A stretch of 64,000 nt of DNA from an uncultured Candidatus Rokubacteria bacterium (GTDB lineage: Bacteria > Methylomirabilota > Methylomirabilia > Rokubacteriales > CSP1-6), in contig CAVXJS010000021.1 of assembly GCA_963762145.1 (NCBI GenBank), positions 480,001-544,000 of the forward strand, in the 5' to 3' direction. A program made the translations under genes and the position numbers. How positions within the stretch are numbered: the first letter of the stretch is position 1; every line of letters starts with the position of its first letter. Below are positions 35,789-46,741 of the stretch, in pieces. The notes beneath the pieces were generated by a model. The model saw only the letters and a program-made list of their open reading frames with translations. It had not been told where the DNA came from and searched no databases.

Positions 35789-36784
35789 ATGACTTCGATG
35801 CGCCGGCGCGCGTTCCTGGCCATCTTTGCCGCCGGCGTCACCCTGCCGCGCCTCGCGCCCGCGCAACCGGCGGGGCGCGTCTACCGCCTGGGCATCCTCG
35901 CGCCCACGGCCCCGCCGCCGCCGACCGATCGGAGCATTGCCGTGATCTTGATCCCGAAGGCCCTGGGCGAGATGGGCTATGCGCAGGGCCGTGATCTCGT
36001 GGTCGAGGTGCGCTATGCGGAGAACCAGATCGACCGGCTCCCCGATCTGGCGCGCGAGCTTGTCCGGCTCCGCATGGACGTCATCGTCGCGATCAGCGGG
36101 TCCTCCGTCCGGGCGGTGAAGGCGCTGACGTCCACGATCCCGATCGTCCTGTACGGGAATCTCGACCCGGTCGCGGCCGGGCTCGTAAAGAGCCTCGCCA
36201 AGCCCGAGGGCAACATCACCGGAGTCTTGATCGCACCCGCCGGAACCCTGGCGGCCAAGAAGCTCGAATTGCTCAAGGAAGCGGTCCCCGGGGCCACCCG
36301 CATCTCCTTCCTCGCGCCCGCGGATCCCGGCATCAAGCTCCAGGTGCAGGAGACGCGGCAGGCCGCGGCGACGCTCGGCATCAGGCTGACCGTCACCGAA
36401 GTCCAGGCCCGCGACTACGAGCGGGCCTTCGCCGCGCTGGCGGCCGATCGGCCGGAAGCGCTCTTCGTCGGCGCGCACACCTTCTTCTTCCGCGACCGCA
36501 AGCGGATCATCGCGCTCGCCGCGAAGTACCGCCTCCCCGCGATCTACGAGTGGCCCGAGCACGTGGAGGACGGCGGGATGATGTCCTACGGCAGCAGCCT
36601 CACCGGGACGACCCGCCGGGTCGCGGTCTACGTGGATCGCCTCTTCAAGGGCGCCCGGGTCGCCGACCTGCCGATCGAGCAGCCGGCCGAGTTCCAGCTC
36701 GTGATCAACCTCAAGACCGCCCGGGCCCTCGGGCTCACGCTCCCGCCGTCGCTCGTGGCCCGGGCCGACCGCGTCATCGAGTAG
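35789..36784 (+). CDS. ABC_sub_bind-family substrate-binding protein
   Basis: MRRRAFL, DPVAAGLVKSLAKPEGNITG, KKLELLKE, LVINLKTARALGL. Confidence 0.92.
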   Translation: MTSMRRRAFLAIFAAGVTLPRLAPAQPAGRVYRLGILAPTAPPPPTDRSIAVILIPKALGEMGYAQGRDLVVEVRYAENQIDRLPDLARELVRLRMDVIVAISGSSVRAVKALTSTIPIVLYGNLDPVAAGLVKSLAKPEGNITGVLIAPAGTLAAKKLELLKEAVPGATRISFLAPADPGIKLQVQETRQAAATLGIRLTVTEVQARDYERAFAALAADRPEALFVGAHTFFFRDRKRIIALAAKYRLPAIYEWPEHVEDGGMMSYGSSLTGTTRRVAVYVDRLFKGARVADLPIEQPAEFQLVINLKTARALGLTLPPSLVARADRVIE

Positions 36785-36799
36785 CCGGACGCTCCTCGC

Positions 36800-37687
36800 G
36801 TGACCGCGAACGTCGTCAACATCCTGATGAGCGGCATCTTCCACGCCGCCATCCTGTTCCTGGTCTCGGCGGGGCTGCAGCTCGTCTTCGGCGTGCAGAA
36901 GATCTTCAACCTCGCGTGCGGGTCCTTCTACGCCCTCGGCGCCTACGTCGGGGTCTCGGCCGTCTCGGCCTTCATCGGCGCGGGCGGCTCCCCCGTCCTC
37001 TTCATCCTCCCGCTGGCGGTGGCCGGCCTCGCGGTGGGCGCGGTGGGGCTCGTGGTGGAGCGCGGCCTGCTCCGCTTCGTCTACGACCGCGACGAGACCT
37101 TCCAGCTCCTGCTGACGTTCGCCCTCGTCCTCATGATGGAGGACGCGATCCGCCTCACCTGGGGGACCGCGCCCCAGTCCACGTCCGGCTACTACCTGCT
37201 CTACGGGCAGGCCCGGCTACTGGGCGCGGTGATCCCGGTCTACAACCTGATCGTCATCGCGGCCAGCGTGCTGATCGCGGCCGGCCTCGGCTACATGCTC
37301 ACCCGCACCGCCTTCGGCCGCATCATCCGGGCCGCCGCCGACAACCGCGAGATGGCCGAGGCGCTCGGAGTGGACATGCGCGGGGTCTACGCGCGGGTCT
37401 TCACCCTCGGCACCGCGCTCGGCACGCTCGGCGGCGCGCTCGTCATCCCGGCCACCGCGGCCATGAGCGAGATGGGCATCGAGCTGATCGTCGAGGCCTT
37501 CGCGGTGGTGGTGATCGGCGGGCTCGGCAGCATGCGGGGCGCGCTGGTGGGCGCCCTCGTGGTCGGCGTGCTCCGCTCCGTCGCGATCAGCGTGTATCCC
37601 GAGATCGAGATGCTCCTGATCTACCTGATCGTGATCGCGGTGCTGCTCCTGCGCCCCCGCGGGCTCTTCGGCGGAGCCGCCGCGTGA
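36800..37687 (+). CDS. livH: Branched-chain amino acid-type ABC permease (LivH-like)
   Basis: GLQLVFG, FNLACG, GRIIRAA, VVIGGLGS. Confidence 0.85.
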   Translation: MTANVVNILMSGIFHAAILFLVSAGLQLVFGVQKIFNLACGSFYALGAYVGVSAVSAFIGAGGSPVLFILPLAVAGLAVGAVGLVVERGLLRFVYDRDETFQLLLTFALVLMMEDAIRLTWGTAPQSTSGYYLLYGQARLLGAVIPVYNLIVIAASVLIAAGLGYMLTRTAFGRIIRAAADNREMAEALGVDMRGVYARVFTLGTALGTLGGALVIPATAAMSEMGIELIVEAFAVVVIGGLGSMRGALVGALVVGVLRSVAISVYPEIEMLLIYLIVIAVLLLRPRGLFGGAAA

Positions 37688-38625
37688 GGGGACGCCTGAT
37701 CCTGGGCCTGGCCCTCGTGGGCCTGCTCGTCCTGCCCCTGCTGCTGAGTCCCTACCGGCTGCTCCTGATGCTGCCATTCATGGCCTACGGGGTGATCCTG
37801 CTCGGCCTGAACCTGCTCTTCGCCTACACCGGCCTGGTCTCGTTCGGCCACGCGCTCTTCGTGGGCATCGGCGCCTACACCGGCGCCTTCCTCGCCGCCC
37901 ACGCGGGCATCCGGTCGATCGAGGTGGTCGTGCTGGCCGCCGCGGTCCTCGGTGCCGTCGTGGCCGCCCTGGTCGGCCTGCTCTGCGTGCGCTACGTGAA
38001 GATCTACTTCGGCATGCTCACGCTCGCGTTCGGGATGGTCTTCTACACCTTCGTGCTCAAGTTCTACCGGATCACCGGCGGCGACGAGGGCATGCCGGTG
38101 CCGCGGCCCCTCCTCCTCGGGCTGAACCTGGACGCGATGCCCAAGACCGACTACCTGGTCGGCCCCTACTACTACTACTGCCTCGGGGTCCTGATCGTGG
38201 CCGCCGCGGTCATGTGGCGGATCGTGCACTCGCCCTTCGGGCTCTGCCTGCGCACGATCCGCGACAACCCGGCCAAGGCCGAGGCGCTCGGGGTGAGCGT
38301 GACGCGCTATCGCTGGTACGCGTTCGTGATCTCGGGGGTGTTCGCGGCGGTGGGCGGCGCGCTCCTGGGCCCGCCGATCGGCAACGTGGACCCCACGCTC
38401 GCCTACTGGACGCACTCGGGCAGCCTCGTGTTCATGGCGCTGCTGGGCGGCTTCGCCCACTTCTTCGGCCCGGTGCTGGGCGCCCTCGTCTTCATCCTGC
38501 TGCAGGACGCCGTGATGTCGGTGGTGCCGTACTGGCGGCTCGTGTTCGGCGCGATCCTCGCCGCCATCGTGATCTTCGCGCCCGGCGGGCTGATGGGCTT
38601 CCTGACGAGGCCGCGGCCGTCGTGA
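37684..38625 (+). CDS. livM: Branched-chain amino acid-type ABC permease (LivM-like)
   Basis: TGLVSFGHA, YFGMLTLAF, TGGDEG, IRDN. Confidence 0.85.
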   Translation: MRGRLILGLALVGLLVLPLLLSPYRLLLMLPFMAYGVILLGLNLLFAYTGLVSFGHALFVGIGAYTGAFLAAHAGIRSIEVVVLAAAVLGAVVAALVGLLCVRYVKIYFGMLTLAFGMVFYTFVLKFYRITGGDEGMPVPRPLLLGLNLDAMPKTDYLVGPYYYYCLGVLIVAAAVMWRIVHSPFGLCLRTIRDNPAKAEALGVSVTRYRWYAFVISGVFAAVGGALLGPPIGNVDPTLAYWTHSGSLVFMALLGGFAHFFGPVLGALVFILLQDAVMSVVPYWRLVFGAILAAIVIFAPGGLMGFLTRPRPS

Positions 38626-39417
38626 GCGCGATCCTGGAAGCGCGGGACGTGCGGAAGCTCTACGGCAGCTTCGTCGCGCTCGACGGAGTGAGCCTCGCGG
38701 TGGGCGCCGGCGAGTTCGTCTCGATCATCGGCCCCAACGGGGCCGGCAAGTCCACCCTCATCAACCTGCTCACCGGCGTGCTGCGCCCCACCGCGGGGAC
38801 GGTGCGCTTCAAGGACCGCGACGTGGCCGGCATCGGCCCGGTGGCCCTGACCGGGCTCGGCCTCGCCCGGAGCTTCCAGCTCGTGCAGATCTTCCCCGAC
38901 CTCACCGTGCTCGAGACCCTGCTGGCCCCGGTCATCTCCCGGCTCGGCCGGGGCACGTCGCTCTTCCGCTCGCTGGCCGGGGATCGCGAGGTGCAGGACG
39001 GCGCGCTCGAGGTGGCCGAGCTCTTCGGGCTGGCCGACAAGCGCCACGTGCCCGCGCGCCAGCTCCCCCAGGGCGACAAGAAGCTCCTCGACGTGGCCTC
39101 CGCGTTCGCGCTCCGGCCCGAGGTCATCTTGCTGGACGAGCCCACCAGCGGCGTGAGCACCGCCGAGAAGTCGGCCATCATGGAGATCCTGGTCACCGCG
39201 TCCCGGCGCATGGGCCTCAAGGCGATCATCCAGGTCGAGCACGACATGGATATCGTCTTCGGTTACTCGGACCGCATCGTCGCGCTCCACCAGGGGAAGG
39301 TCCTCGCCGACGCGACGCCGGCCGCGATCCGCGCCGACGCCCGCGTGGTCGACATGGTTATCGGCCGTGCCCACCCTCTCCCCTCTCGCTCCGAGGGAGC
39401 CCGATGCTCACGGTTGA
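38622..39417 (+). CDS. livG: ABC ATPase (LivG-like); as sequenced reads through to 39809, probable indel near 39380
   Basis: GPNGAGKS, ARSFQ, LLDEPTSG, VEHDM. Confidence 0.82.
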
Positions 39418-40111
39418 AGCGATCGACGTGTTCATTCAGTCGAGCCACATCCTGCGACGGATCTCCCTCGAGGTCCGCGACCGCGAGGTGGTCTGCCTGG
39501 TGGGCCGCAACGGCGCGGGCAAGACCACCACCCTCCGCGCGATCATGGGCTATCTCCGCCCGCGGGCCGGCCGCATCGTCTTCCAGGGCGAGGAGATCCA
39601 TCGCCGCCGCACCCACGAGATCGCCCAGCGCGGCCTCGGGTTCGCGCCCGAGGACGGCGGGATCTTCGCCGACCTCACGGTGGCGGAGAACATCGAGATC
39701 GCCACCTGGACGCGGCCGGGCGGCCGCCCCGCGGCGGAGCGCGTCGAGCGCGCCTACGAGGTGTTCCCGGTGCTGCGCGGCTACCGGCACCGCAAGGGGC
39801 CCGAGATGAGCGGCGGCGAGCGGAAGATGCTCTCGGTCGCGCGGGCGCTCGCGCTGGATCCCCACATGCTGGTGCTCGACGAGCCCTTCGAGGGCCTCTC
39901 GCCCGCGATCATCCCCGCGGTCAGTCGCGGCCTCGCCGAGATCACCCAGCGCGGGCACGCGATCCTGCTCGCGGAGTCCAATATCCACCACGTGCCCGAG
40001 TTCACCACGCGGCTCTACGTGATCGAGCGCGGCGAGATCATCTTCGCGGGCCACCCGGACGCGGTGCGCGGCGACGCGGCGACGATGAGAGTGATCGGCG
40101 GCACCGCGTGA
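39404..40111 (+). CDS. livF: ABC ATPase (LivF-like)
   Basis: GRNGAGKT, MSGGERKM, LDEPFEGL. Confidence 0.87.
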   Translation: MLTVEAIDVFIQSSHILRRISLEVRDREVVCLVGRNGAGKTTTLRAIMGYLRPRAGRIVFQGEEIHRRRTHEIAQRGLGFAPEDGGIFADLTVAENIEIATWTRPGGRPAAERVERAYEVFPVLRGYRHRKGPEMSGGERKMLSVARALALDPHMLVLDEPFEGLSPAIIPAVSRGLAEITQRGHAILLAESNIHHVPEFTTRLYVIERGEIIFAGHPDAVRGDAATMRVIGGTA

Positions 40112-40127
40112 CCGCGGGCCGCGACCG

Positions 40128-40988
40128 TCAGCGCGCGGCGGCGCGGATCTCGTCGAGGACGGGCAGGATGTAGCGGCGGAACTGCGCCGGATTCTCGGCC
40201 ATCGGGAAATGGCCGATCTCGGTCATGACCGTGAAGCGCGCGCCGGGGATCTTCTCGGCGGTGAGCCGCGTGTCCTCCGGCGTGCACGAGAAGTCGTACT
40301 CGCCGGTCAGCAGGTAGAGCGGGCAGCGCGCGGTGTCGATCTGACCGACGCGGTCGCGGAAGTCGCCGTCCACTCGGTAGAAGTGGAGATCGCCCTTGAA
40401 CACGCCCGGCCCGCCCTGCATGTAGCCCCAGAGCGTCTCCCAGCGCGTCTCGTCCGGGCTCTGCGGGGCGATGAGCCCCGACATGAGCGCGCCGCAGAGC
40501 TCGCCGCCGTGCACGTCGGGGCGATGGAGCCAGCCGGTATCGTCGTACCAGGGCGGCTGGTAGGCGGCGGACTCGAGCCCGATGAGGGCGCGAAAGCGCT
40601 CGGGGTGGGTCCGCGCCAGCTCGAGCACGATCTTGCCGCCGATCGAGCAGCCGAGCACCACCGGCCGCTCGAGGCCGAGCGCGTCGCAGAAGGCCAGGAT
40701 GAGCTCCACGTAGGCGCTCGTGGTGAGACGGTACTCCTCGTCCTGCCAGCCCGCCGGCGGCAGCGACTTGCCGTGCCACGGCATGTCGAAGGCGAGCACG
40801 CGGAAATGGCGGGTGATCGCCTCGTCGTTCAGCAGATGGCGGAACTGGCGGCCGTCGGCCCCCGCGGTGTGCAGGCACACGAGCGGGATCCCCTGCCCCG
40901 CTTCCTCGAAGTAGAGGCGGTGCGGGCGGCCGTCGAGAGACAGGCGCAGGTACGTCCCCTTGATCGGCTCGAAGATCGGCTCGGTCAT
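40128..40988 (-). CDS. Alpha/beta hydrolase
   Basis: LHTAG, DMPWHGKS, GCSIGG nucleophile elbow, GEYD, GHF. Confidence 0.88.
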   Translation of the reverse strand: MTEPIFEPIKGTYLRLSLDGRPHRLYFEEAGQGIPLVCLHTAGADGRQFRHLLNDEAITRHFRVLAFDMPWHGKSLPPAGWQDEEYRLTTSAYVELILAFCDALGLERPVVLGCSIGGKIVLELARTHPERFRALIGLESAAYQPPWYDDTGWLHRPDVHGGELCGALMSGLIAPQSPDETRWETLWGYMQGGPGVFKGDLHFYRVDGDFRDRVGQIDTARCPLYLLTGEYDFSCTPEDTRLTAEKIPGARFTVMTEIGHFPMAENPAQFRRYILPVLDEIRAAAR

Positions 40989-41378
40989 TCAGCGCCTCCG
41001 TCGGGGCGCGGCCACCACGTCCTTGACGTAGCGCAGATGGGCCATGAGCGGCACGAGGTCGCCCTCGATCCGGGCCACCCCGAGCTTCTTCATCGCGAAG
41101 AGGTCGTGGTACCCGGGCGCGGGTACCGGCTCCCAGAAGCGCTGCCAGGTCTCGGCCGAGGCGCGCAGCGCGAAGGTCCAGGAGCGCATGAGGAAGGGGC
41201 CGCGCTCGACCGCGGCCACCCGGCCCTCCACCACCCGCACCAGGAACTCGGCGTCGCCGGCCTCGACCAGGAAGGTGGCGGTCAGATGGCGCCCCCGGCG
41301 GACCAGCCCCGCATCGTGATTGACCAGATCCGGGAGAGAGAGGATGCTCGCATGGGTCTCGGCCGCGGCAACGCTCAT
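40989..41378 (-). CDS. Hypothetical protein, SCP2-like
   Basis: 129 aa; ARIEGDLVPLMAHL resembles the SCP2 C-terminus; abuts the hydrolase gene. Confidence 0.65.
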   Translation of the reverse strand: MSVAAAETHASILSLPDLVNHDAGLVRRGRHLTATFLVEAGDAEFLVRVVEGRVAAVERGPFLMRSWTFALRASAETWQRFWEPVPAPGYHDLFAMKKLGVARIEGDLVPLMAHLRYVKDVVAAPRRRR

Positions 41379-41429
41379 GGCCGGACAGTATAATCGCACC
41401 GCCGGTCGAACGGTGGGCAAGGAGGCGCG

Positions 41430-42899
<1,470 letters not shown>

Positions 42900-42975
42900 C
42901 GCCGCGCCCACCGTCTCCGCGCGCGGCCGGCCGGGTTCGGCCGGCCGCGAGGAGACGGCGTGGGGAGCGTACGGC

Positions 42976-43866
42976 TCAGGTGCCGCGGCCCCAGAGCCCG
43001 CAATAGCGGCGCAGGACGAACTGGAGATTCTGCTGGTAGCCGGCCCAGCTCTCGTACTTCGGGAGCTTCACGTCCTTCTCGACCGCATCCCAGCACTTGC
43101 CGGCCTGGGCGGCGGTCTTCACCTCCGCGGAGGCGTCCCGCAGGAACGTGAGGAGATCCCGCACGTCCTGCTTGGTCCCGATTCGTCCGCCCGGGCCGGG
43201 GTGGCCGGGAATGACGCGGTCCCAGTCCATCGCGATCACCTGCTCCAGCGAGCTCTCCCATTCGAGCGGGTAGGAATCGATCATGCCCCGGCCGGGGATC
43301 GAGGCCACGGTGACGAAATCGACCGCGAACAGGATCCGCTGCTTCGGCAGCCGCATGACGATCGAGCTATCGGAATGGTTGAGACCGACGTAGGTCAGCT
43401 CGATGGTGGTGTCGCCGAGTGTGATGGTCCGGAACTGGTCCATCACCTCGTCGACCAGCACGGTGTGGGGATCCCGGAGCGCGGCGAGACGCTCCTGGAC
43501 CCGGCGGTGCGCGACGACGGTGGCGCCCGCGTCCTTGAACGGCTTGCCGCCCGCGATGTGATCGAAGTGGTGGTGGCTGTAGATCAGGTACTTGATGGGC
43601 TGATTCGTGACCTTCCTGATCTCGTCGACGTAGGTCGTCACCGCCTGCGGACGCCCGTAGCCGATGGGATCGGTGGCGATCACGCCCGCCGAGGTGACCA
43701 CGAACATCGACTGGTGACCTCCGTAGCGGAAGACGTACACGTTGTCGGTGCCGTCGACCTTGGTGGTCGCGAACGGCGGCGGGGTCGGCTGCTGCGCGTG
43801 GGCCGCCACGCCCAGACTCGCTGCGGTCAGCGCGACGGCTGCGATGGCATACCACAGTCGTGACAT
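42976..43866 (-). CDS. Exported metallo-beta-lactamase-fold hydrolase
   Basis: SHHHFDHIAG, NHSD, FAVD, IPGH. Confidence 0.88.
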   Translation of the reverse strand: MSRLWYAIAAVALTAASLGVAAHAQQPTPPPFATTKVDGTDNVYVFRYGGHQSMFVVTSAGVIATDPIGYGRPQAVTTYVDEIRKVTNQPIKYLIYSHHHFDHIAGGKPFKDAGATVVAHRRVQERLAALRDPHTVLVDEVMDQFRTITLGDTTIELTYVGLNHSDSSIVMRLPKQRILFAVDFVTVASIPGRGMIDSYPLEWESSLEQVIAMDWDRVIPGHPGPGGRIGTKQDVRDLLTFLRDASAEVKTAAQAGKCWDAVEKDVKLPKYESWAGYQQNLQFVLRRYCGLWGRGT

Positions 43867-44102
43867 GGGCCGCTCCTTCTCCTGGTGCTATGTGTGGAGG
43901 ACTCGCCGGCGGACCGCCTGCCGTCCCGGGTCCTTCCGCGGCATCCCGGACCGCGCGGCCGAGCGGATCATCGCGTCGGGGCCCGCCCACGTCAAGGGGC
44001 CGGGGCTCCGGGGGTCTCCGCGCGGCGCCTTGACCAGTCGCCGCAGAGATAGGATGCTCGCAGGGTCCGATCGCTCTCACCCCCCTTCAGGAGGACACGC
44101 TG

Positions 44103-45125
44103 ATGGCCGCTCTCCCGCTGATCCCGTCCACCGTCGTCGGCTCTCACGGCAAGGCCGGCTGGTGGTACACCGCCGTGAAGGCCTACGAGGCCGGGGACAT
44201 GGGCCCCGGGGACCTCGACGAGATGTTCGACGACGCGGCCGACACCGCGATCCGCGACATGGAGCGGGCCGGCCTCGACGTCATCACCGACGGTGAGGTG
44301 CGCCGCCTCGACGGCTACGTGGATTCGTACTACGCGATCATCAAGGGCATCGAGCCGCTGCCGGTGCGCCGCAAGGCCGGGCCCTGGGGCTACGACCAGC
44401 AGACGCGCTACGAAGCAACCGGGCGCATCGAGGCGCCCGCGGGCGGCCTCGGCATCATCAAGGAGTTCGAGTACCTCAAGGCCCACACCACCCGGGGCAT
44501 CAAGGCCACCTGCGCGGGGCCGCTGACCTTCGGCTCCCGCATCCATCCCGGCAAGCTGTACAAGGGCGTGGTCGACGTGGCCGAGCGCTTCGCCGAGGTG
44601 ATCAACGCCGAGCTGCGGGGACTGGTGGACGCGGGCGCCGACTTCATTCAGATCGACGAGCCGGCGCGCGGCAACGTGAGCGGCGAGGAGATGGCGCGCC
44701 TGTTCAACCTGGCCACCGAGGGCGTGAAGGCCAAGCTCGCCTTCCACATCTGCTTCGGCAACCGCTTCGGCCGCTCGCGGTTCGACCGATCCTACCGGCC
44801 GTACTTCCCGGGCGTGCTGAAAGCGCGCGCGGACCAGCTCGTGCTGGAGTTCGCGGGCCGGGAGCTCTCCGAGCTCGACCTCTGGAAGGAGTACGGCCAG
44901 GATCGCGAGCTGGGGGCCGGGGTCATCGACGTGAAGGGCTTCAATCCCGAGAGCCCGGAGGACGTGGCGGGCCGCATCCGGCGGGTGCTCACGGTCTGCC
45001 GCCCCGAGAAGCTCTACGTCAATCCCGACTGCGGCTTCGGGTGGTCTCCCCGCTACATGTGCAATCAGAAGGTCCGCGCGCTCGCGGCCGGCGCAGTGCT
45101 CGCTCGCAAGCAGCTGACCGGATGA
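44103..45125 (+). CDS. Second single-barrel MetE-like Zn protein
   Basis: TDGEVRR, IQIDEP, HICFGN, GVIDVK, NPDCG; AGGAGG RBS. Confidence 0.88.
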   Translation: MAALPLIPSTVVGSHGKAGWWYTAVKAYEAGDMGPGDLDEMFDDAADTAIRDMERAGLDVITDGEVRRLDGYVDSYYAIIKGIEPLPVRRKAGPWGYDQQTRYEATGRIEAPAGGLGIIKEFEYLKAHTTRGIKATCAGPLTFGSRIHPGKLYKGVVDVAERFAEVINAELRGLVDAGADFIQIDEPARGNVSGEEMARLFNLATEGVKAKLAFHICFGNRFGRSRFDRSYRPYFPGVLKARADQLVLEFAGRELSELDLWKEYGQDRELGAGVIDVKGFNPESPEDVAGRIRRVLTVCRPEKLYVNPDCGFGWSPRYMCNQKVRALAAGAVLARKQLTG

Positions 45126-45155
45126 GACCAAGGTCCAATAGGAGAAACGGCCTTC

Positions 45156-45189
45156 TGAGCATGAACTGCACTTGAGCATGAACTGCACT
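45156..45189. repeat. Perfect 17-bp tandem duplication
   Basis: TGAGCATGAACTGCACT x2. Confidence 0.9.
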
Positions 45190-45268
45190 CCGATCTCGTC
45201 CTCCCCGCTGCCATTTCTTGCGAGTGTCAGAGGGCTCGCGTCGATCTGCTGACACCATCCGCTCAGTG

Positions 45269-45314
45269 ATTTCACTCGGTTGCGTCGAAGTGTCCGCGTG
45301 GCACTCGCTTTGCT
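45269..45314 (+). promoter_or_regulatory. Sigma54 promoter with IHF-like site
   Basis: TGGCACTCGCTTTGCT (45299-45314) fits TGGCAC-N5-TTGCW; ATTTCACTCGGTTG at 45269-45282. Confidence 0.8.
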
Positions 45315-45378
45315 CCCTCCAGGCGGACACTGGCTCGACGCAGCTACCGCGCGCCGGTGAGAGGGAGCAAGAACGATC

Positions 45379-46716
45379 ATGTCCGGAACGAAGATCTTCG
45401 CGATGGCCGCCGCCCTGCTCTGCGCGGGCCTGCCCGCCGTCGCCGCCGCCCAGTCCGAGGGAAGCGCCGGGATCGTCACCACCGTCAACGGTGACGCGAC
45501 CCTGATCCGCGCAGCGACCGCCGCTCGGCCGGTGTCGCTGCAGATGCGCGACGAGATCTTCGTGCGGGACCGCATCCACACCCAGCCGCACTCCCTGGTG
45601 CGCGTGCTGCTGGGCGGCAAGGCCCTCATCACGGTGCGCGAGCTCTCGATCCTCACCGTGACCGAGGAAGCCGGCCGTGTCACGGTCGATCTCCAGTCCG
45701 GAAAGATCGGCGTGGCGGTGGTCAAGGGCCGCATGCGCCCGGGCGAGGTGATCGAGATCCGCTCACCGAACGCGACGGCCGCGGTGCGGGGTACCGTGTT
45801 CGTGGTCGAGGTGGACCCGATCAAGGCGGGTGATGCAGCCGCCGCCACCACGACCCGCGTCCATCTCTTCCACGGTGCGCTCGACGTGAGCGCGCACCTC
45901 GATCCCTCGAAGCCCACGGTCCGGCTCGCGGAGCTGCAGAGCGTGGTGGTGGCGGGCAACGCGCTGGGGTCGGTACGCCCGATCTCCCGGGACGCGGTCG
46001 CCACCCTGACCGCGGATCTGAAGCCGAAGCAGATGCAGACAAAAGACGCTCCCGATGAGTTCAAGAGTCCCCTGATGGCCCGCGAGCAGGGCCGGGCGAT
46101 CCAGCTCGCCACCGCGCTGCTGCCACCCCTGCCCGGCGGACCGCCGAACCAGGCCGTGCTCCAGAACGTGAAGGGCACCGTGAACGGGACCGTGAAGGGC
46201 GTGACCGGTCTCGCGACCAACCTGACCGACGTCACGGCCGAGACCCTCGACCGCCTGATGGACACCCTCGGCCTGGGCGACACGCTGGTGGGCGGGCTGG
46301 TCGAGGGCGTCGGAGACACCCTGCAGGGCACCGTGGGCGCGCTCGGCAACACGCTGACGAACACGGTGGGCGGGGTCGGCAACACCCTCACGAACACGGT
46401 CGGCGGGCTGGGTGCCACCGTGGGCAGCACTGTCGGTGGCCTCGGCAACACCGTGGGCGGGCTCGGCGGGACTTCCGGTGGCCTCGGTGGCGCCGTCAGC
46501 GGGCTGGGCGGCACCTCGGGCGGGATCGGCGGCACGGTCGGTGGGATCGGCGGCACCGTCGGCGGGCTCGGCGGAACCGTCGGAGGGATTGGCGGTGGGA
46601 TCGGCGGCACGGTTGGCGGGATCGGCGGCACCGTCGGCGGGACCGTGGGCGGCGTCGGTGGAACGGTCGGCGGGGTACTGGGCGGCCTGGGCGGACTACT
46701 CGGCGGCGGCCGTTAA
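45379..46716 (+). CDS. Exported FecR-domain protein with a Gly-rich repeat C-terminus
   Basis: Signal peptide; SPNATAAVRGTVF; repeats GNTLTNTVGG and GGTVGG[ILV]. Confidence 0.85.
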   Translation: MSGTKIFAMAAALLCAGLPAVAAAQSEGSAGIVTTVNGDATLIRAATAARPVSLQMRDEIFVRDRIHTQPHSLVRVLLGGKALITVRELSILTVTEEAGRVTVDLQSGKIGVAVVKGRMRPGEVIEIRSPNATAAVRGTVFVVEVDPIKAGDAAAATTTRVHLFHGALDVSAHLDPSKPTVRLAELQSVVVAGNALGSVRPISRDAVATLTADLKPKQMQTKDAPDEFKSPLMAREQGRAIQLATALLPPLPGGPPNQAVLQNVKGTVNGTVKGVTGLATNLTDVTAETLDRLMDTLGLGDTLVGGLVEGVGDTLQGTVGALGNTLTNTVGGVGNTLTNTVGGLGATVGSTVGGLGNTVGGLGGTSGGLGGAVSGLGGTSGGIGGTVGGIGGTVGGLGGTVGGIGGGIGGTVGGIGGTVGGTVGGVGGTVGGVLGGLGGLLGGGR

Positions 46717-46741
46717 GCAACCCTCTCGAGGACCTCTGATC

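Noticed and set aside
38622-39809. LivG with a 130-aa C-terminal extension overlapping livF
   Set aside because: The extension is off-frame livF sequence; one indel in the C/T-rich tract near 39380 gives a normal stop at 39417
43867-44102. SAM or cobalamin riboswitch upstream of the MetE-like gene (also checked before hcmB)
   Set aside because: No recognisable conserved riboswitch core by eye; an Rfam/Infernal scan would be needed to exclude it
45156-46713. CRISPR array
   Set aside because: The 17-bp repeat has two copies and no spacer, the Gly repeats are coding, and there are no cas genes
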